A DNA stretch of 64,000 bases, taken from NCBI GenBank assembly GCA_963741955.1, contig CAVUKB010000010.1:256001-320000 (forward strand). Reading direction: 5' to 3'. The first letter of the stretch is position 1, and each line of letters begins with the position of its first letter. The notes under the pieces are model-generated. The model ran no database searches and had not been told where the DNA came from. It saw only the letters and a list, made by a program, of their open reading frames with translations. Positions 20,239-30,871 of the stretch are shown in pieces. Position numbers and translations under genes: made by a program. The stretch is from an uncultured Acidobacteriota bacterium. GTDB taxonomy: Bacteria > Acidobacteriota > Thermoanaerobaculia > Gp7-AA8.

Positions 20239-21417
20239 ATGACCACGAAAACCCTCCCCATCGCCCGCCGGATGTCCGAGATCGAGCCATTCCACGTGAT
20301 GGATCTGCTCGCCGAAGCGAAGAAGCTCGAGGCCGCCGGGCGCGACATCGTACACATGGAAGTCGGTGAGCCCGATTTCCTGACCCCGATCCCGATCGTG
20401 CAGGCGGGGCTTCGCGCACTCGAGCGTGGCGAGATCCACTACACGCCCGCAGTCGGGATCGCGCCCCTTCGGGAGGCGATCGCACGCTTCTACGCCGAAC
20501 GCCGGGGGGTGACGATTCCGGCCGGGCGTGTCGTCGTGACTCCGGGCGCCTCGGGCGCGCTCCTTCTCACCGCCGGAATCCTGATCGATCCCGGCTCACA
20601 GGTGCTCATCGCGGATCCCGGGTATCCGTGCAACCGCCACTTCATTCGTCTCATGGAGGGAGAGGCGGTTCGCATCCCGGTGGGCCCGGATACGGGATGG
20701 CAGCTCACACCGGAGCTGATCGAGAAGAACTGGACCGATCGGACCGTGGCGGTTCTGGTCGGCTCACCGTCGAATCCCACTGGAACCATCCTCCCGGACC
20801 CCGTACTGAAGGGGATCGTAGACGTGGTGGAGCGACTCGGCGGGACTCTCATCGTCGACGAGATCTACCACGGCCTGGTTCATGAGGGTCACGTCTCCAC
20901 TGCGCTCCGTTTCAGCGACGACGTGATCGTGATAAACAGCTTCTCGAAGTACTTCGGGATGACCGGATGGCGGCTGGGCTGGGTGGTCGCTCCCGAACGG
21001 CAGGTGCGGGAGATGGACAAACTCGCGCAGAACATCTTTCTCGCGCCGTCGACGATCGCCCAGCACGCGGCGCTCGCCGCGTTCGAGCCGGAGACGATCG
21101 AGATTCTGGAGCACCGGAGGGAGGAGTTCCGGAAGCGTCGCGACTTTCTCGTCCCCGAGCTTCGACGGCTCGGATTCGAGATTCCGGTAGTGCCGCAGGG
21201 AGCGTTCTACATCTACGCGAATGTGGCGAATCTGACCGGAGACAGTGATGCCTTCTCGCGGCAGCTCCTCAACGAAGCGGGCGTGGCGATCACCCCGGGT
21301 CGCGATTTCGAGTGTGGAGCTCCCGACGCACACGTCCGCTTCGCCTGTACCACGTCGGTCGAGCGGCTCGCCGAGGGAGTGCGGCGGATCGAGCAGTGGC
21401 TCCGCGAGCGGCGGTGA
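20239..21417 (+). CDS. PLP-dependent aminotransferase class I/II
   Basis: EVGEPDF, SPSNPTG, VDEIY, SFSKYFGMTGWRLGW. Confidence 0.93.
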   Translation: MTTKTLPIARRMSEIEPFHVMDLLAEAKKLEAAGRDIVHMEVGEPDFLTPIPIVQAGLRALERGEIHYTPAVGIAPLREAIARFYAERRGVTIPAGRVVVTPGASGALLLTAGILIDPGSQVLIADPGYPCNRHFIRLMEGEAVRIPVGPDTGWQLTPELIEKNWTDRTVAVLVGSPSNPTGTILPDPVLKGIVDVVERLGGTLIVDEIYHGLVHEGHVSTALRFSDDVIVINSFSKYFGMTGWRLGWVVAPERQVREMDKLAQNIFLAPSTIAQHAALAAFEPETIEILEHRREEFRKRRDFLVPELRRLGFEIPVVPQGAFYIYANVANLTGDSDAFSRQLLNEAGVAITPGRDFECGAPDAHVRFACTTSVERLAEGVRRIEQWLRERR

Positions 21418-21656
21418 GTGAAAACACAGACTCTGGCGAACTGTGACGAATGGCCGCTCTACGCTGCCAGGTCTCAGGTTAGCTCGCAATTCGTCGGAAG
21501 AAGGAAGCCTTGGAGACTGTGCGTCTGTTACGAAACGGTAACAGCGTTCGGATTCGAGGTGTCGTTTCCACCTTTCGGAGGAACTCCATAGTAAGGGCTG
21601 AACTCCTCGACGTAACCACAGTTACGGTCAATTAGAACGGGGGAATGGAGAATCTT

Positions 21657-22061
21657 ATGAAGGGTTCGGTACAACGGCATCGCGCATGGATCTACATCAC
21701 TCGTCTCGTAATTCTCGCGGTTGGACTTCTCTCGGTATCTGGAATGGCATACGCGCAGTACAACGACGAGGTCTGCCCGGCAGAGTACTCGTACGAGGAA
21801 TGCATTGACCACGGCTACTTCAACGATATCGGCAATGGTGTTGGTGGCGGGGGCGGCGGTGGAGGATATTGTCAAAACGTGATCCGGTCGGTCGCGATCG
21901 TGTGGGTGCAGTGTTCGGACGGAAATACGTACGACTGTCCGATTGCGAACTGCTGGAATTCTCCGGAAAGTAATAAATACTGTGACCCTCCGATCACCGC
22001 GGGTTGTTGCCCGGATGGGACGCATGAGGGGCAAGATGTCGTACAGAAGGACTGCAGGTAG
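21657..22061 (+). CDS. Small secreted cysteine-rich protein
   Basis: Signal peptide ending AYA; 10 Cys; poly-Gly linker; GGAG RBS. Confidence 0.7.
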   Translation: MKGSVQRHRAWIYITRLVILAVGLLSVSGMAYAQYNDEVCPAEYSYEECIDHGYFNDIGNGVGGGGGGGGYCQNVIRSVAIVWVQCSDGNTYDCPIANCWNSPESNKYCDPPITAGCCPDGTHEGQDVVQKDCR

Positions 22062-22070
22062 GGAGATCAC

Positions 22071-23171
22071 ATGAAAACCACAATCTCATCCCTGATTCTG
22101 GTGCTTTCCGCGGCGCTTGTTCTCGGTGCGAACCACGGGAAGATGGCCTACTTCGAACGAAAGCCGCTTTCGACGAACGATCCCGTCCGCCAGCTGCTCG
22201 ATTCTGCGATGCGGGTGCAGCCCCTCTCCGACGGCTCGCTCATGGTGATCCACCGGCTGGAGGGATTCGAAGCAAACGCGTTCGGCGCGTCGATCGTCCA
22301 GCCCGATGGGAGTCGCGCGGCAATTCGTGCGAAGGATTGTCTTCCGGAAGGAGACGCTCGATCCGGAGCCGCCGGACAGATCTATTCGGGCGCCATCCTC
22401 GACGACCGAACGACCCTGGTCCTTGCGATCGGCTGGACGAACGCGAAAGGACGCAACATCAATGGTCTCGCGATTCTGGGGAAGAGCGGATCGACCTGGA
22501 AGCCGCGTCACGTCATCGTCCTCTCAGGAAGTGTCCGCGACATCGCAGCAGGTCCCGCGGACTCGATTGCCGCCCTTACCGTCACGCCGGCGGGAGGCGA
22601 AGGGAGAGCCCGCAATGATCTCCTGATTCTGCAGACGGACGGCTCGATCCTCCTCGAGCTGAAGCCGTGGGGAGGGGGAGAGGACTCGCGAGAGAATGCC
22701 GAAGCGCGGGCGATCGCAGCACGACTGCAGCGGAGTGGAGCCAGCGACATCGCGCTGCTCGACGTCCTGAGCGGCGTGGCGAGCGTCTTCCGCCTCGACA
22801 TCGGGAAGTCGGACCCTTCTGCGCACCAGAAAGACTTCTTTCTCTATCCGCGATACGCCGAAGGGTCGAAGAACAGTGCTCGCCGGAGCCGCCTCTTCGG
22901 GTTCTCCGCGGCCCCTGCCGGATCGGAAGGGTTCGTCCCGATCAAGGTCGAGGCGGCCCATCTGAACGGCGACGGCTCGCTCAGCGTGGTGCGGCAGGGA
23001 TTGAAGGGAGGGTCCACCACCGTATTCGTCTCGACCTACGGTCGCCCCGAGGGGATTCGAACCGTGAGCTCGAACGTGCTGTGGAAGGGCGTCTGGCTCG
23101 AAGAAGGAAGCGCGCACGCACTGGAGCTCGCGCCGGACCGGGCCGACCAGGTGCGCGCCCGGACGCCCTGA
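22071..23171 (+). CDS. Secreted hypothetical protein (possible beta-propeller)
   Basis: Signal peptide MKTTISSLILVLSAALVLG; short beta-strand repeats; 9 bp after the Cys-rich gene. Confidence 0.7.
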   Translation: MKTTISSLILVLSAALVLGANHGKMAYFERKPLSTNDPVRQLLDSAMRVQPLSDGSLMVIHRLEGFEANAFGASIVQPDGSRAAIRAKDCLPEGDARSGAAGQIYSGAILDDRTTLVLAIGWTNAKGRNINGLAILGKSGSTWKPRHVIVLSGSVRDIAAGPADSIAALTVTPAGGEGRARNDLLILQTDGSILLELKPWGGGEDSRENAEARAIAARLQRSGASDIALLDVLSGVASVFRLDIGKSDPSAHQKDFFLYPRYAEGSKNSARRSRLFGFSAAPAGSEGFVPIKVEAAHLNGDGSLSVVRQGLKGGSTTVFVSTYGRPEGIRTVSSNVLWKGVWLEEGSAHALELAPDRADQVRARTP

Positions 23172-23196
23172 CCATTCGGAGTCTGCGCATGCTCCG

Positions 23197-23730
23197 TCAG
23201 ATCACCGCACGGATCGCGCGGCGCACGAGGTCCGTCGTGACTCCATACACCAGATGCGACGCGAGCGCTTCCCCATGCTGCTGCACCGGCGTAGCGGTCG
23301 GCTTTTCGGAAAGGCCCAGTGCGGGAACCGCCACCTCGTCTGCAGCAGCCCACAGCGCTGCGCCGAACGGAATGCCGAGCCCTGCCGCCGTGATCGGAGC
23401 AACCTCCGCGAGACCGCCATAAAGCGCGCCCATGGTCATCCCGAATCCGTAGTGGACGGCCGGTCCGGCGATCTTCTTCTGCCGTTCGCTGAGCGGGTGA
23501 TCGAAGATCCCCTCCGAGACTTTCTTCACGATCTTCATCGTCGCCGGATCGTTCTCTTCCTCCCGCTCCATCTCCGTATCGTTCTCCGTCTCGCGATCGC
23601 GGCCGTCGCCGTCCCCGGAGATGAGCTCTTCGGCCTTACTCCACGCCTGGTGCGTGTAGTCCATCACGTACGAAGCGACGAGTCCGCCGATCGCCCCGGC
23701 GATGATTCCCTTGATCGGTTCTCTTTCCAT
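23197..23730 (-). CDS. DUF1440-like membrane protein
   Basis: GIIAGAIGGLVASYVM, VHYGFG..GALYG, ALASHLVYG. Confidence 0.8.
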   Translation of the reverse strand: MEREPIKGIIAGAIGGLVASYVMDYTHQAWSKAEELISGDGDGRDRETENDTEMEREEENDPATMKIVKKVSEGIFDHPLSERQKKIAGPAVHYGFGMTMGALYGGLAEVAPITAAGLGIPFGAALWAAADEVAVPALGLSEKPTATPVQQHGEALASHLVYGVTTDLVRRAIRAVI

Positions 23731-23785
23731 CCATCCCTCCTCATCTTCGAGGGGAGCAAGATTCCGGCCGGGCCTTTCGCTCGAC

Positions 23786-25066
23786 TTACAGACCCGAAGC
23801 GACGACGGCCTCCGCCGCTCGCCTCCCCGTCTCCAGTGCGCCTTCGACCGTGCCGTAGTTTTTCTCCGACAGCGCTTCGCCCGCGAAGAAGATCGTCTCC
23901 TCGACCGGCGCGGTGAGCGCGTGGCGTGCGGCCTCTCCTCCGATGCCCGGATACGAATACGCGCCGCGGCTCCACGGATCGGCAGACCAGTCATGATGAC
24001 GCCAGTCGACGAACCGCTCGTCGAGCTCACTCCTCTCGACGCCGAGAAGCGTCGCGAGCTCGTCCAGCGCGATTCCGAGCCGGGAGGTCTCGCTCATCGC
24101 CGCGAGACTCGCCGCCTTCGGTCCGCCGCACCACGCGACGAGCACTGCTGCGCGTAGCGGTGCCGTCGTCCACCACGTGTGAAACCGGGCGCCGGGGTCG
24201 TGGAGGAAAGCCATCTGCCGTCCGAAGCGGTTCTCCCAGAAAGGGGTCCGGAACCGGAGGAGCATTTTCACGACCTCTCCCATGTGCAAAGAGGCGAAGG
24301 CGAGATCGATGCTCTCTATCGGTGGATCGATCTCGAGAGTCCGAAGGATCGGGAGGGGAACCGTGATCACCACGGTGCGGCCGTGGATCTCTCGCGCTTC
24401 ACCACCCTGGCGGTAGCGGACGAGAACGCGGCCGCGAGACCACTCGATTCGCTCGACCGCAGCTCCGACGTGGATCTCTTCGCCCTGGGATGCGATCCGT
24501 CTTTCCAGCCGCTGAACCAGTGTGTCGTATCCCGGAGCGGGCCGTCTCTGCCTCATCGCGCCATCGTCTCCGAACGAGAGAGCGCGGCCGCTCATCTTCG
24601 CCGGATCGGCCGCCTCGAAGCCTTCCACGAAAGAGCGTGCGAGTCGGGCGGCGTTCGGCTCGCGCTCCGCAAATTCTCCCAGCGCTTCGGCCACCGTTGC
24701 CTCCCGTTGGTCGGGAACGAAGTCCCGGATCCGTGCGAGCCGTTCCCAGAAATTCGAGAGGGTATCGAGCGATCCATCTTCGCGGGAGAGGAGATGCTCG
24801 TCGGGAACGTCCACCGCTTCGCTCTCGTCGAAGACGGACATCGTCTCGGATGCTTCGCCGTGGATCCATTCCGCACCGAGCTCGATCGGCACCGGCCAGT
24901 CGGGGTCCGCGACGGTCAGAATGCGGCCGCCGAGCCGCTCTCGCGCCTCGATCACCACCACGTCGAGTCCTCGGCCGCCGAGGAGCGATGCGGCGCGGAG
25001 ACCGGCTGCCCCGCCTCCGACCACGACGACGTCGGCTTCACGAGCCGGCGAACGCATTGCACCCAT
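23786..25066 (-). CDS. Flavin-containing amine oxidase
   Basis: VVVGGGAAGL, EARERLGGRI, ELGAEWIHG, WSRGAYSY, FFAGEA, GTVEGALETG. Confidence 0.9.
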   Translation of the reverse strand: MGAMRSPAREADVVVVGGGAAGLRAASLLGGRGLDVVVIEARERLGGRILTVADPDWPVPIELGAEWIHGEASETMSVFDESEAVDVPDEHLLSREDGSLDTLSNFWERLARIRDFVPDQREATVAEALGEFAEREPNAARLARSFVEGFEAADPAKMSGRALSFGDDGAMRQRRPAPGYDTLVQRLERRIASQGEEIHVGAAVERIEWSRGRVLVRYRQGGEAREIHGRTVVITVPLPILRTLEIDPPIESIDLAFASLHMGEVVKMLLRFRTPFWENRFGRQMAFLHDPGARFHTWWTTAPLRAAVLVAWCGGPKAASLAAMSETSRLGIALDELATLLGVERSELDERFVDWRHHDWSADPWSRGAYSYPGIGGEAARHALTAPVEETIFFAGEALSEKNYGTVEGALETGRRAAEAVVASGL

Positions 25067-25157
25067 GCGAAAGGTCGCAAGCGGAAAGAATGCCCATGCA
25101 AGAAATGCCCGCGTAGAAGCCGCTCCGGGACGTGGTTCGCGCGTAGCGCGGATCGCT

Positions 25158-25661
25158 TCAGCCGTTCAGCCGCACGATCTCGAAGTTCAGCGCTCCCGCG
25201 TAAGCGGTCCACGCGAGGTAAGGCGCGAACATCCACGCGGCCGGGCGGTCGGTGCGTGCGGCGACGCGCGTGTAGGCGACTTCCGCCGCGAAGAGGAGGG
25301 CGAGATCCGCGAGTGCCACGGCCGGGCGTCCGGCCCCGAAAAAGATCGGACTCCACGCGGCATTCAGAACCAGCTGTCCGGCCCAGAGCCGCAGTCCGGC
25401 GTCGCGGGAGGGAGTATGCGCCGCGCGCCACATCCGGTATCCCGAAACGGCCATCAGAACGTAGAGCGTGGTCCAGGCGGGCCCGAAGAGCCAGTCGGGC
25501 GGGGTGAAGAAAGGCTTCTCGAGATTGGCGTACCACTCTCCGGCCGCCGTTCCGGTTCTCGGAGCGACGAACGTTCCGGCGAGTGCGGCACCCGCAACTG
25601 CGGCGCCGAAGAGGAGTTTCGCCATTGATCTCGACATGGTCTCGGCAAGTGCAATCGTCAT
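25158..25661 (-). CDS. tspO: TspO/MBR tryptophan-rich sensory protein
   Basis: WYANLEKPFFTPPDWLFGPAWTTLY, LNAAWSPIFF, PYLAW; start uncertain. Confidence 0.88.
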   Translation of the reverse strand: MTIALAETMSRSMAKLLFGAAVAGAALAGTFVAPRTGTAAGEWYANLEKPFFTPPDWLFGPAWTTLYVLMAVSGYRMWRAAHTPSRDAGLRLWAGQLVLNAAWSPIFFGAGRPAVALADLALLFAAEVAYTRVAARTDRPAAWMFAPYLAWTAYAGALNFEIVRLNG

Positions 25662-25746
25662 ACCCCGCCTGTTTCGCTTCGAGAACCGGAAAGTACGAAA
25701 GAGCGGGGAAGGGATCAGTGTTTCCGGTGGATCCGTGGAATTTGAT

Positions 25747-25968
25747 TCAGGACGTCCGAGTCGCCTCACGCGCGACGGATCCGAACACGACTGATGCGCT
25801 GGAGGACGGCTTCTTCTCCGGAGCCGGCGCGGGACGGTTCGCGAGGAAAGCCCAGGCGAGGAGGACGAGGCCGAGGATCAGCGCGATGATGAAGAAGAGC
25901 GACGGACCTCCGCGCTCCTCGCGCGCTGCGCGCGCGTTGCTGACCTTCCGTACAGGTTTGGCTCTCAT
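25747..25968 (-). CDS. Small single-pass membrane protein
   Basis: GGAG RBS; basic N-terminus plus one TM helix. Confidence 0.55.
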   Translation of the reverse strand: MRAKPVRKVSNARAAREERGGPSLFFIIALILGLVLLAWAFLANRPAPAPEKKPSSSASVVFGSVAREATRTS

Positions 25969-26008
25969 GATCGGATCTCCTCTGGAACGCTCTCCTCGAT
26001 TTCCGGGG

Positions 26009-26950
26009 TCATGTCTTTCGAAGGAGGACGCGATTGACGACGTGGTTCTCTCCCTTTTCGAGGATCAGCGTCGCCCGCTCCCGGGTGGGAAGAATGTTGT
26101 GTCGCAGATTCACCAGATTGATCCTCTCCCACACTCCGCGCGCGAATGCGTCGGCTTCTTCTTCGCTCATGGAGGCGAAGTTGTGAAAGTAGGCTTCCGG
26201 GTCCCGGAACGCGGTCTGCCTCAGACGGCGGAAGCGCTCCACGAACCAGCTTTCCAGCTCCTTCTCGCCCGCGTTCACGTAGATGGAGAAATCGACGAAG
26301 TCGGAGACGAACACGGAGTGGATCGTGCCGCTCTGGAGCACGTTCAGCCCTTCGAGAATCACGATGTCGGGCCTGGAGATCTCCAGCCACTCTTCCGGCA
26401 GCACGTCGTAGCGGAAATGCGAGTAGACCGGAACGCGCAGAGGTGCGATCCCCGACTTCAGATCGGAGACGAAGCGGACCAGGCGCGGACGGTCGTACGA
26501 CTCGGGGAAGCCTTTCCGGTCCATGATTCCGCGGTCCTGCAGGATGCGGTTCGGAAAGAGGAACCCGTCCGTGGTCACCAGATCCACCCGAGGATGGTTC
26601 GGCCATCGCGAGAGGAGAGTCCGGAGAATTCGTGCAGTGGTGCTCTTGCCCACCGAGACACTCCCTGCGATCGCGATGACGTAAGGCACTTTCGGCGCGA
26701 GCGTTCCGAGAAAGCGGCTGCTCACACGATGGAGCTCCTGGACCGCTGCAATGTGGAGATTGAGCAGGCGCGAGAGCGGGAGGTAGATCTTTTCGACTTC
26801 ATCGATCGAAAGCGCCTCGGTGATCCCGCTCAGCTCCGCGACGTCGCTCTCGCTCAACGTCATCTCCGTCTCGCCGCGGAGCGCCGCCCATGTGCTGCGC
26901 TCGAACGCGAGGTAGGGAGTCTTCTCACCGGGTGCCGCAGCGGTGGTCAT
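26009..26950 (-). CDS. coaA: Type I pantothenate kinase
   Basis: [49 protein letters not shown]. Confidence 0.95.
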   Translation of the reverse strand: MTTAAAPGEKTPYLAFERSTWAALRGETEMTLSESDVAELSGITEALSIDEVEKIYLPLSRLLNLHIAAVQELHRVSSRFLGTLAPKVPYVIAIAGSVSVGKSTTARILRTLLSRWPNHPRVDLVTTDGFLFPNRILQDRGIMDRKGFPESYDRPRLVRFVSDLKSGIAPLRVPVYSHFRYDVLPEEWLEISRPDIVILEGLNVLQSGTIHSVFVSDFVDFSIYVNAGEKELESWFVERFRRLRQTAFRDPEAYFHNFASMSEEEADAFARGVWERINLVNLRHNILPTRERATLILEKGENHVVNRVLLRKT

Positions 26951-27074
26951 GCGGACAGATTACAGGAAGAGAGACGAATGAAGAATCCGGAGCTCAGCCC
27001 ATTCAGTAAGAAGATCAGGCGATCATCACTGTTTCGCCGAAAAGGGCTTCCTCTCGGGGCCTGCCGGCGCGCCG

Positions 27075-27551
27075 TCACGACTCGTGCAGGATCCGCCCGC
27101 TCGCCGACGACAGCACGTGTACCGTCACGGGGATGGCTTCACGAACGCTCCCGGTCACGGTGCAATAGTCTTCGAAGAGCCCGAAACAGCGCGCGGCACG
27201 TTCCTCGTCCGCGGGAGCGATCTCCACGTGGATCGTCGCATCGACGCTGGTGACGCGGAGCCGCCCCTTCTCGTTCCGCTCGATCGTCGCGTCGACCGTG
27301 GTCTTCACCTCACCGATCTCGACCCGCGATTTCTGCAGGCAGAAGAGGAGGCTGGAGCTGAGGCAGTTCCCGATCGCGGCAGCGAGAAGCCGGGACGCCT
27401 CGGGGCCGTCTCCGTTCCCCAGCGGCGGCGCCTCGTCCACCAGGAGCTGCGGCATCGCGGGATCGAACGTCACCCGGAACTGAAATCCGGAGACCCGCTC
27501 CAATTCGACGCTCTTGATCTTCTTCTCGGGGGGGGTGAGGGTGTCGGTCAT
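27075..27551 (-). CDS. OsmC family protein
   Basis: DEAPPLGNGDGP, LAAAIGNC, YCTVTGSV. Confidence 0.85.
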   Translation of the reverse strand: MTDTLTPPEKKIKSVELERVSGFQFRVTFDPAMPQLLVDEAPPLGNGDGPEASRLLAAAIGNCLSSSLLFCLQKSRVEIGEVKTTVDATIERNEKGRLRVTSVDATIHVEIAPADEERAARCFGLFEDYCTVTGSVREAIPVTVHVLSSASGRILHES

Positions 27552-27576
27552 GATGCCTCCGGATCGTGGTTTGCCC

Positions 27577-27718
27577 GTTGTGGGTTGTGGGCTTTGCTTG
27601 AAGGATAACTCACCGAGAACACGGAACCTACGTCCTACAACCTACAACCTACAACCTCCGACCGGCAGGTGGCAACCGGGAGTCGGGAGCCCGCGACCGG
27701 CAGCCGGCAACTCGCAAG
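27577..27718. repeat. Heptamer-repeat intergenic element (GTTGTGG / CTACAAC arms plus degenerate heptamers)
   Basis: Direct inspection. Confidence 0.6.
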
Positions 27719-27799
27719 CCTTCTCACCTTCGACCGGTGACGTCTGTCACGGCCGCCACGGTCCGCGCGATCAACGTTATGAGTATGCGCGAGCCATTA

Positions 27800-29014
27800 A
27801 TGGATTTTCAGCATCCTGAAAAAGCAATCGATCGGCGATGGTTCATGAAAACGGCGATCGCGACGACGGTAGTGGTCGGCGGAGGAGGGTGGTGGGGCTG
27901 GCGTCGCGGAGCGTTCCTGACGGACAAGGACGAAGTGTACGAGCCGTGGGAGACGTGGAAGGAAGGAGAGAAGCATCTCCGGCTCGTGAATGCTGCGGTC
28001 CTCGCCGCCAGCAAGCACAATACCCAACCGTGGCGGTTCCGGGTCGATCCGCCGTTGCTCGATGTCGCATTCGACGTCGACCGGAACGTCGGTTCTCTCG
28101 ATCCATTCCGGCAGGAGACGTATTTCAGTGTCGGCTGCGCGATGGCCAACCTCCTCCTCGCGGCGGAGGCCGAAGGGTTCGCAACGAAGATTCGGTGGTT
28201 CCCCGATCCCGAGCTGAAAAACTGGATCGCACAGCTCAACGTGGAGCCGGTCGAGGGAACCAGTGCGTCCGATCTGTACAACGCGATCCCGGCCCGCCAT
28301 ACCAATCGCGGGCCATACAAGCTGGCGATCGGCGTTCCCGGAGAGGCTGTCGACCGGATGTCGCTGATCGCGATGCAGGAGTGTCTCACTGCACCGGTGT
28401 GGTTGACCCAGCCGGCCGACCAGCAGAAGTTCCGTGCATTGACGGTCGCGGCGACGGAACAGATCATTTCCGACCAGCAGCAGAGCGAAGACAACGGCCT
28501 TTGGTATCGCACCCACTGGAGCGACGTCGAGCAGAGTGGGGACGGGCTGACGCTCGACGCTCTTCAGATGTCTTCAGGCCGGCGTCTGCGGGAGAAGATT
28601 TTCCAGGCGCCGACCGCGGCGACGCTGGACCAGCAGTGGCTTGCAGCCACTCGCGACGTGCAGCTCGCCACGGCTCCGCTGTTCGGCATTCTGACCGTGC
28701 GCGACCCGAACGACCCGCAGCAGCTGGTGATGGCGGGAATCGCCTGGCAGAAGATGCACCTGCGCGCCACGCTCGACGGTCTCGCGGCGCAGCCGCTCAC
28801 GCAGACCATCGAACGGATGAACCTCGAGAAGAGCCGGAATCTGGAACCGGCCATCGGAGGTCCGCTCCGGGAGCTCACCGGATCCGCTGGTGAACCGGTG
28901 TTCGCGTTCCGGATCGGCGTCCCTGTCGGCCCCGGAAGGACGAGTCCGCGCCGCCCGGTGAAGTCGGTCCTCGCGAAGCTCGAGACGAAGCGGAAGCAGT
29001 CCCGGAGCGCATGA
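27800..29014 (+). CDS. Acg-family FMN-binding nitroreductase-like protein with Tat-like signal
   Basis: DRRWFMK; AASKHNTQPWRF; RHTNRGPY; AGIAWQKMHL; SPRRPV. Confidence 0.82.
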   Translation: MDFQHPEKAIDRRWFMKTAIATTVVVGGGGWWGWRRGAFLTDKDEVYEPWETWKEGEKHLRLVNAAVLAASKHNTQPWRFRVDPPLLDVAFDVDRNVGSLDPFRQETYFSVGCAMANLLLAAEAEGFATKIRWFPDPELKNWIAQLNVEPVEGTSASDLYNAIPARHTNRGPYKLAIGVPGEAVDRMSLIAMQECLTAPVWLTQPADQQKFRALTVAATEQIISDQQQSEDNGLWYRTHWSDVEQSGDGLTLDALQMSSGRRLREKIFQAPTAATLDQQWLAATRDVQLATAPLFGILTVRDPNDPQQLVMAGIAWQKMHLRATLDGLAAQPLTQTIERMNLEKSRNLEPAIGGPLRELTGSAGEPVFAFRIGVPVGPGRTSPRRPVKSVLAKLETKRKQSRSA

Positions 29015-29091
29015 AACGGTTGCGGGCGGGGAGGGACCGGTATCGCGGGTTTCTCCCTGCCGACTCCCGCTGAGCTGCAATACACAACGAG

Positions 29092-29223
29092 CTATCCGCC
29101 GAGCGAGTCCGGCGGCTGCTCGATCTTCGCTCCTCCCTTGATCACGCGGTAGAAGCACCAGCCGCAGAGCCCCCAGACGAATCCGAGGGAAAGGGTCAGG
29201 AACAGCCATCCTCCGATGGTCAT
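29092..29223 (-). CDS. Small membrane protein, probable NSS transporter small subunit
   Basis: 43 aa, one TM helix; GAGGAGG RBS; directly downstream of the NSS transporter. Confidence 0.7.
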   Translation of the reverse strand: MTIGGWLFLTLSLGFVWGLCGWCFYRVIKGGAKIEQPPDSLGG

Positions 29224-29233
29224 GGCATCCTCC

Positions 29234-30871
29234 TCATTCGACTCCTCCCGCCGTGGCGGTCCCGTCGGGAAGATCGGGGATTCCCTCTTTCCCGTCGAGA
29301 TCCATTCCGGACGCACGCCAGCGTTTCTCCCCGATTCGCAGACAGATCACGAGGAAGAGGAGGACGGCGCCGATCATCGCCAGCGCGAGCTGGGCCGCGG
29401 GCTGCGCTGCCACTGCCTCCACCCACGACGGAAGATTGCTCACGCAGAACGCCACGAACACCACGATCAGGTAGAGCGGAGCAACGTATTTCATGATGAA
29501 CCTGTAAGGGCGCGGGATGCGCATCTCCGCACCGATGTGTGCTTCCCGCCATCCGCGGTCGATTCCGAAGATCCAGCTGAACGCGATGATCTCGATCATC
29601 GCCATGATGAAGATCAGGAACGTTCCGACCCATCCGTCGATGGTGGACCAGAAGATGCCGTCCTTACTGAACCAGATGGTGGCGAAGGAGCCGATCAGGC
29701 AGACCAGCACCATCACCGTGGTCGCCGCATTGCGTCCCGTTCCCAGCGACTCCTCGAAGAAGGCGACGCTCGGCTGGTACATCGAGAGTGAGCTGGTGAA
29801 CGCGGCCAGAAAGAGCATGAAGAACCAGACCGCTCCGATGAAGTTGCCCATCCCTCCCATGTGCGCGAAGACCACCGGAAGGGTATTGAAACCGAGGCCG
29901 AATGTTCCGGTGGAGACGGCCGCTGCAGTGCCGGTCAGGCCGAGGAAGATGAAAGAGGCGGTGAGGGTGATCAGGCCGCCGAAACTGACTTCGAACACCT
30001 CGTTCGTTGCCGCGGACGTCAGTCCCGACAGAACGACGTCGTCCTTTCGCTTCAGGTAAGACGCGTAGTTGATGATGATCCCGAAACCGACCGAGATGCT
30101 GAAGAAGATCTGTCCTGCCGCGGCGAGCCAGGTCTGGGGATTTGCAAGTGCACGGAGATCGGGATTCCACATGTACGCCAGTCCGTTGAGGACGTTCTGG
30201 TCGGGATGCATCGGATCGGGTGTGCCGAGAGTGAGGACGCGGACGAGAACGATGGCGGCCGCGATCGCCATCAGCGGCATCGCGATCCGGCAGAAGAGCT
30301 CGATCCCCTTCGACAGCCCGCGGTAGATGAAGTAGATGTTGAAGAGGAACGTGACCCCCCAGAAGATGAATGTTTCGTGACTCCCGCCGAAGAGTAGTCC
30401 GTTCGAATTCGCTCCGGTGAAGTTCGCATAGAACGTCGACGCGATCGAGGTCTGCTGGTCGATCGAGGAGTGCGGATCGATCCCGAGCCCGCCGGTCAGG
30501 TAGTGCCAGAAGTAGCCGAGACACCATGCCTCGATGAACGTGTAGTAGAACGAAACGGCCAGCGGAATGAGCACACCGACCACGCCGAAGTAGCGGGCCA
30601 CGGATCCTTTCCCGATCACGCCGAGGATTCCGGGGGAGGAGTGAAAGCCTTTCAGCCCGCCGTAGCGGGCCATGGTCCATTCCGCCCATCCGACTGGAAT
30701 GCCGAGGAACAGAAGGGCGCAGAAGTAGGGGATCATGAAGGCGCCGCCGCCGTTCGCCGCCGCCTGTCCGGGGAATCGGAGGAAGTTCCCCAGGCCGACC
30801 GCCGACCCGGCCACCGCGAGAATCACGCCGATTCGAGTGCTCCACTGCTCGTCGTTCGCGTGTTGAGCCAT
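29234..30871 (-). CDS. Sodium-dependent transporter (NSS/SNF, LeuT-like)
   Basis: GSAVGLGNFLRFP, GGGAFMIPY, AAGQIFFSISVGFG; AAGGAG RBS before MAQHAN. Confidence 0.93.
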   Translation of the reverse strand: MAQHANDEQWSTRIGVILAVAGSAVGLGNFLRFPGQAAANGGGAFMIPYFCALLFLGIPVGWAEWTMARYGGLKGFHSSPGILGVIGKGSVARYFGVVGVLIPLAVSFYYTFIEAWCLGYFWHYLTGGLGIDPHSSIDQQTSIASTFYANFTGANSNGLLFGGSHETFIFWGVTFLFNIYFIYRGLSKGIELFCRIAMPLMAIAAAIVLVRVLTLGTPDPMHPDQNVLNGLAYMWNPDLRALANPQTWLAAAGQIFFSISVGFGIIINYASYLKRKDDVVLSGLTSAATNEVFEVSFGGLITLTASFIFLGLTGTAAAVSTGTFGLGFNTLPVVFAHMGGMGNFIGAVWFFMLFLAAFTSSLSMYQPSVAFFEESLGTGRNAATTVMVLVCLIGSFATIWFSKDGIFWSTIDGWVGTFLIFIMAMIEIIAFSWIFGIDRGWREAHIGAEMRIPRPYRFIMKYVAPLYLIVVFVAFCVSNLPSWVEAVAAQPAAQLALAMIGAVLLFLVICLRIGEKRWRASGMDLDGKEGIPDLPDGTATAGGVE

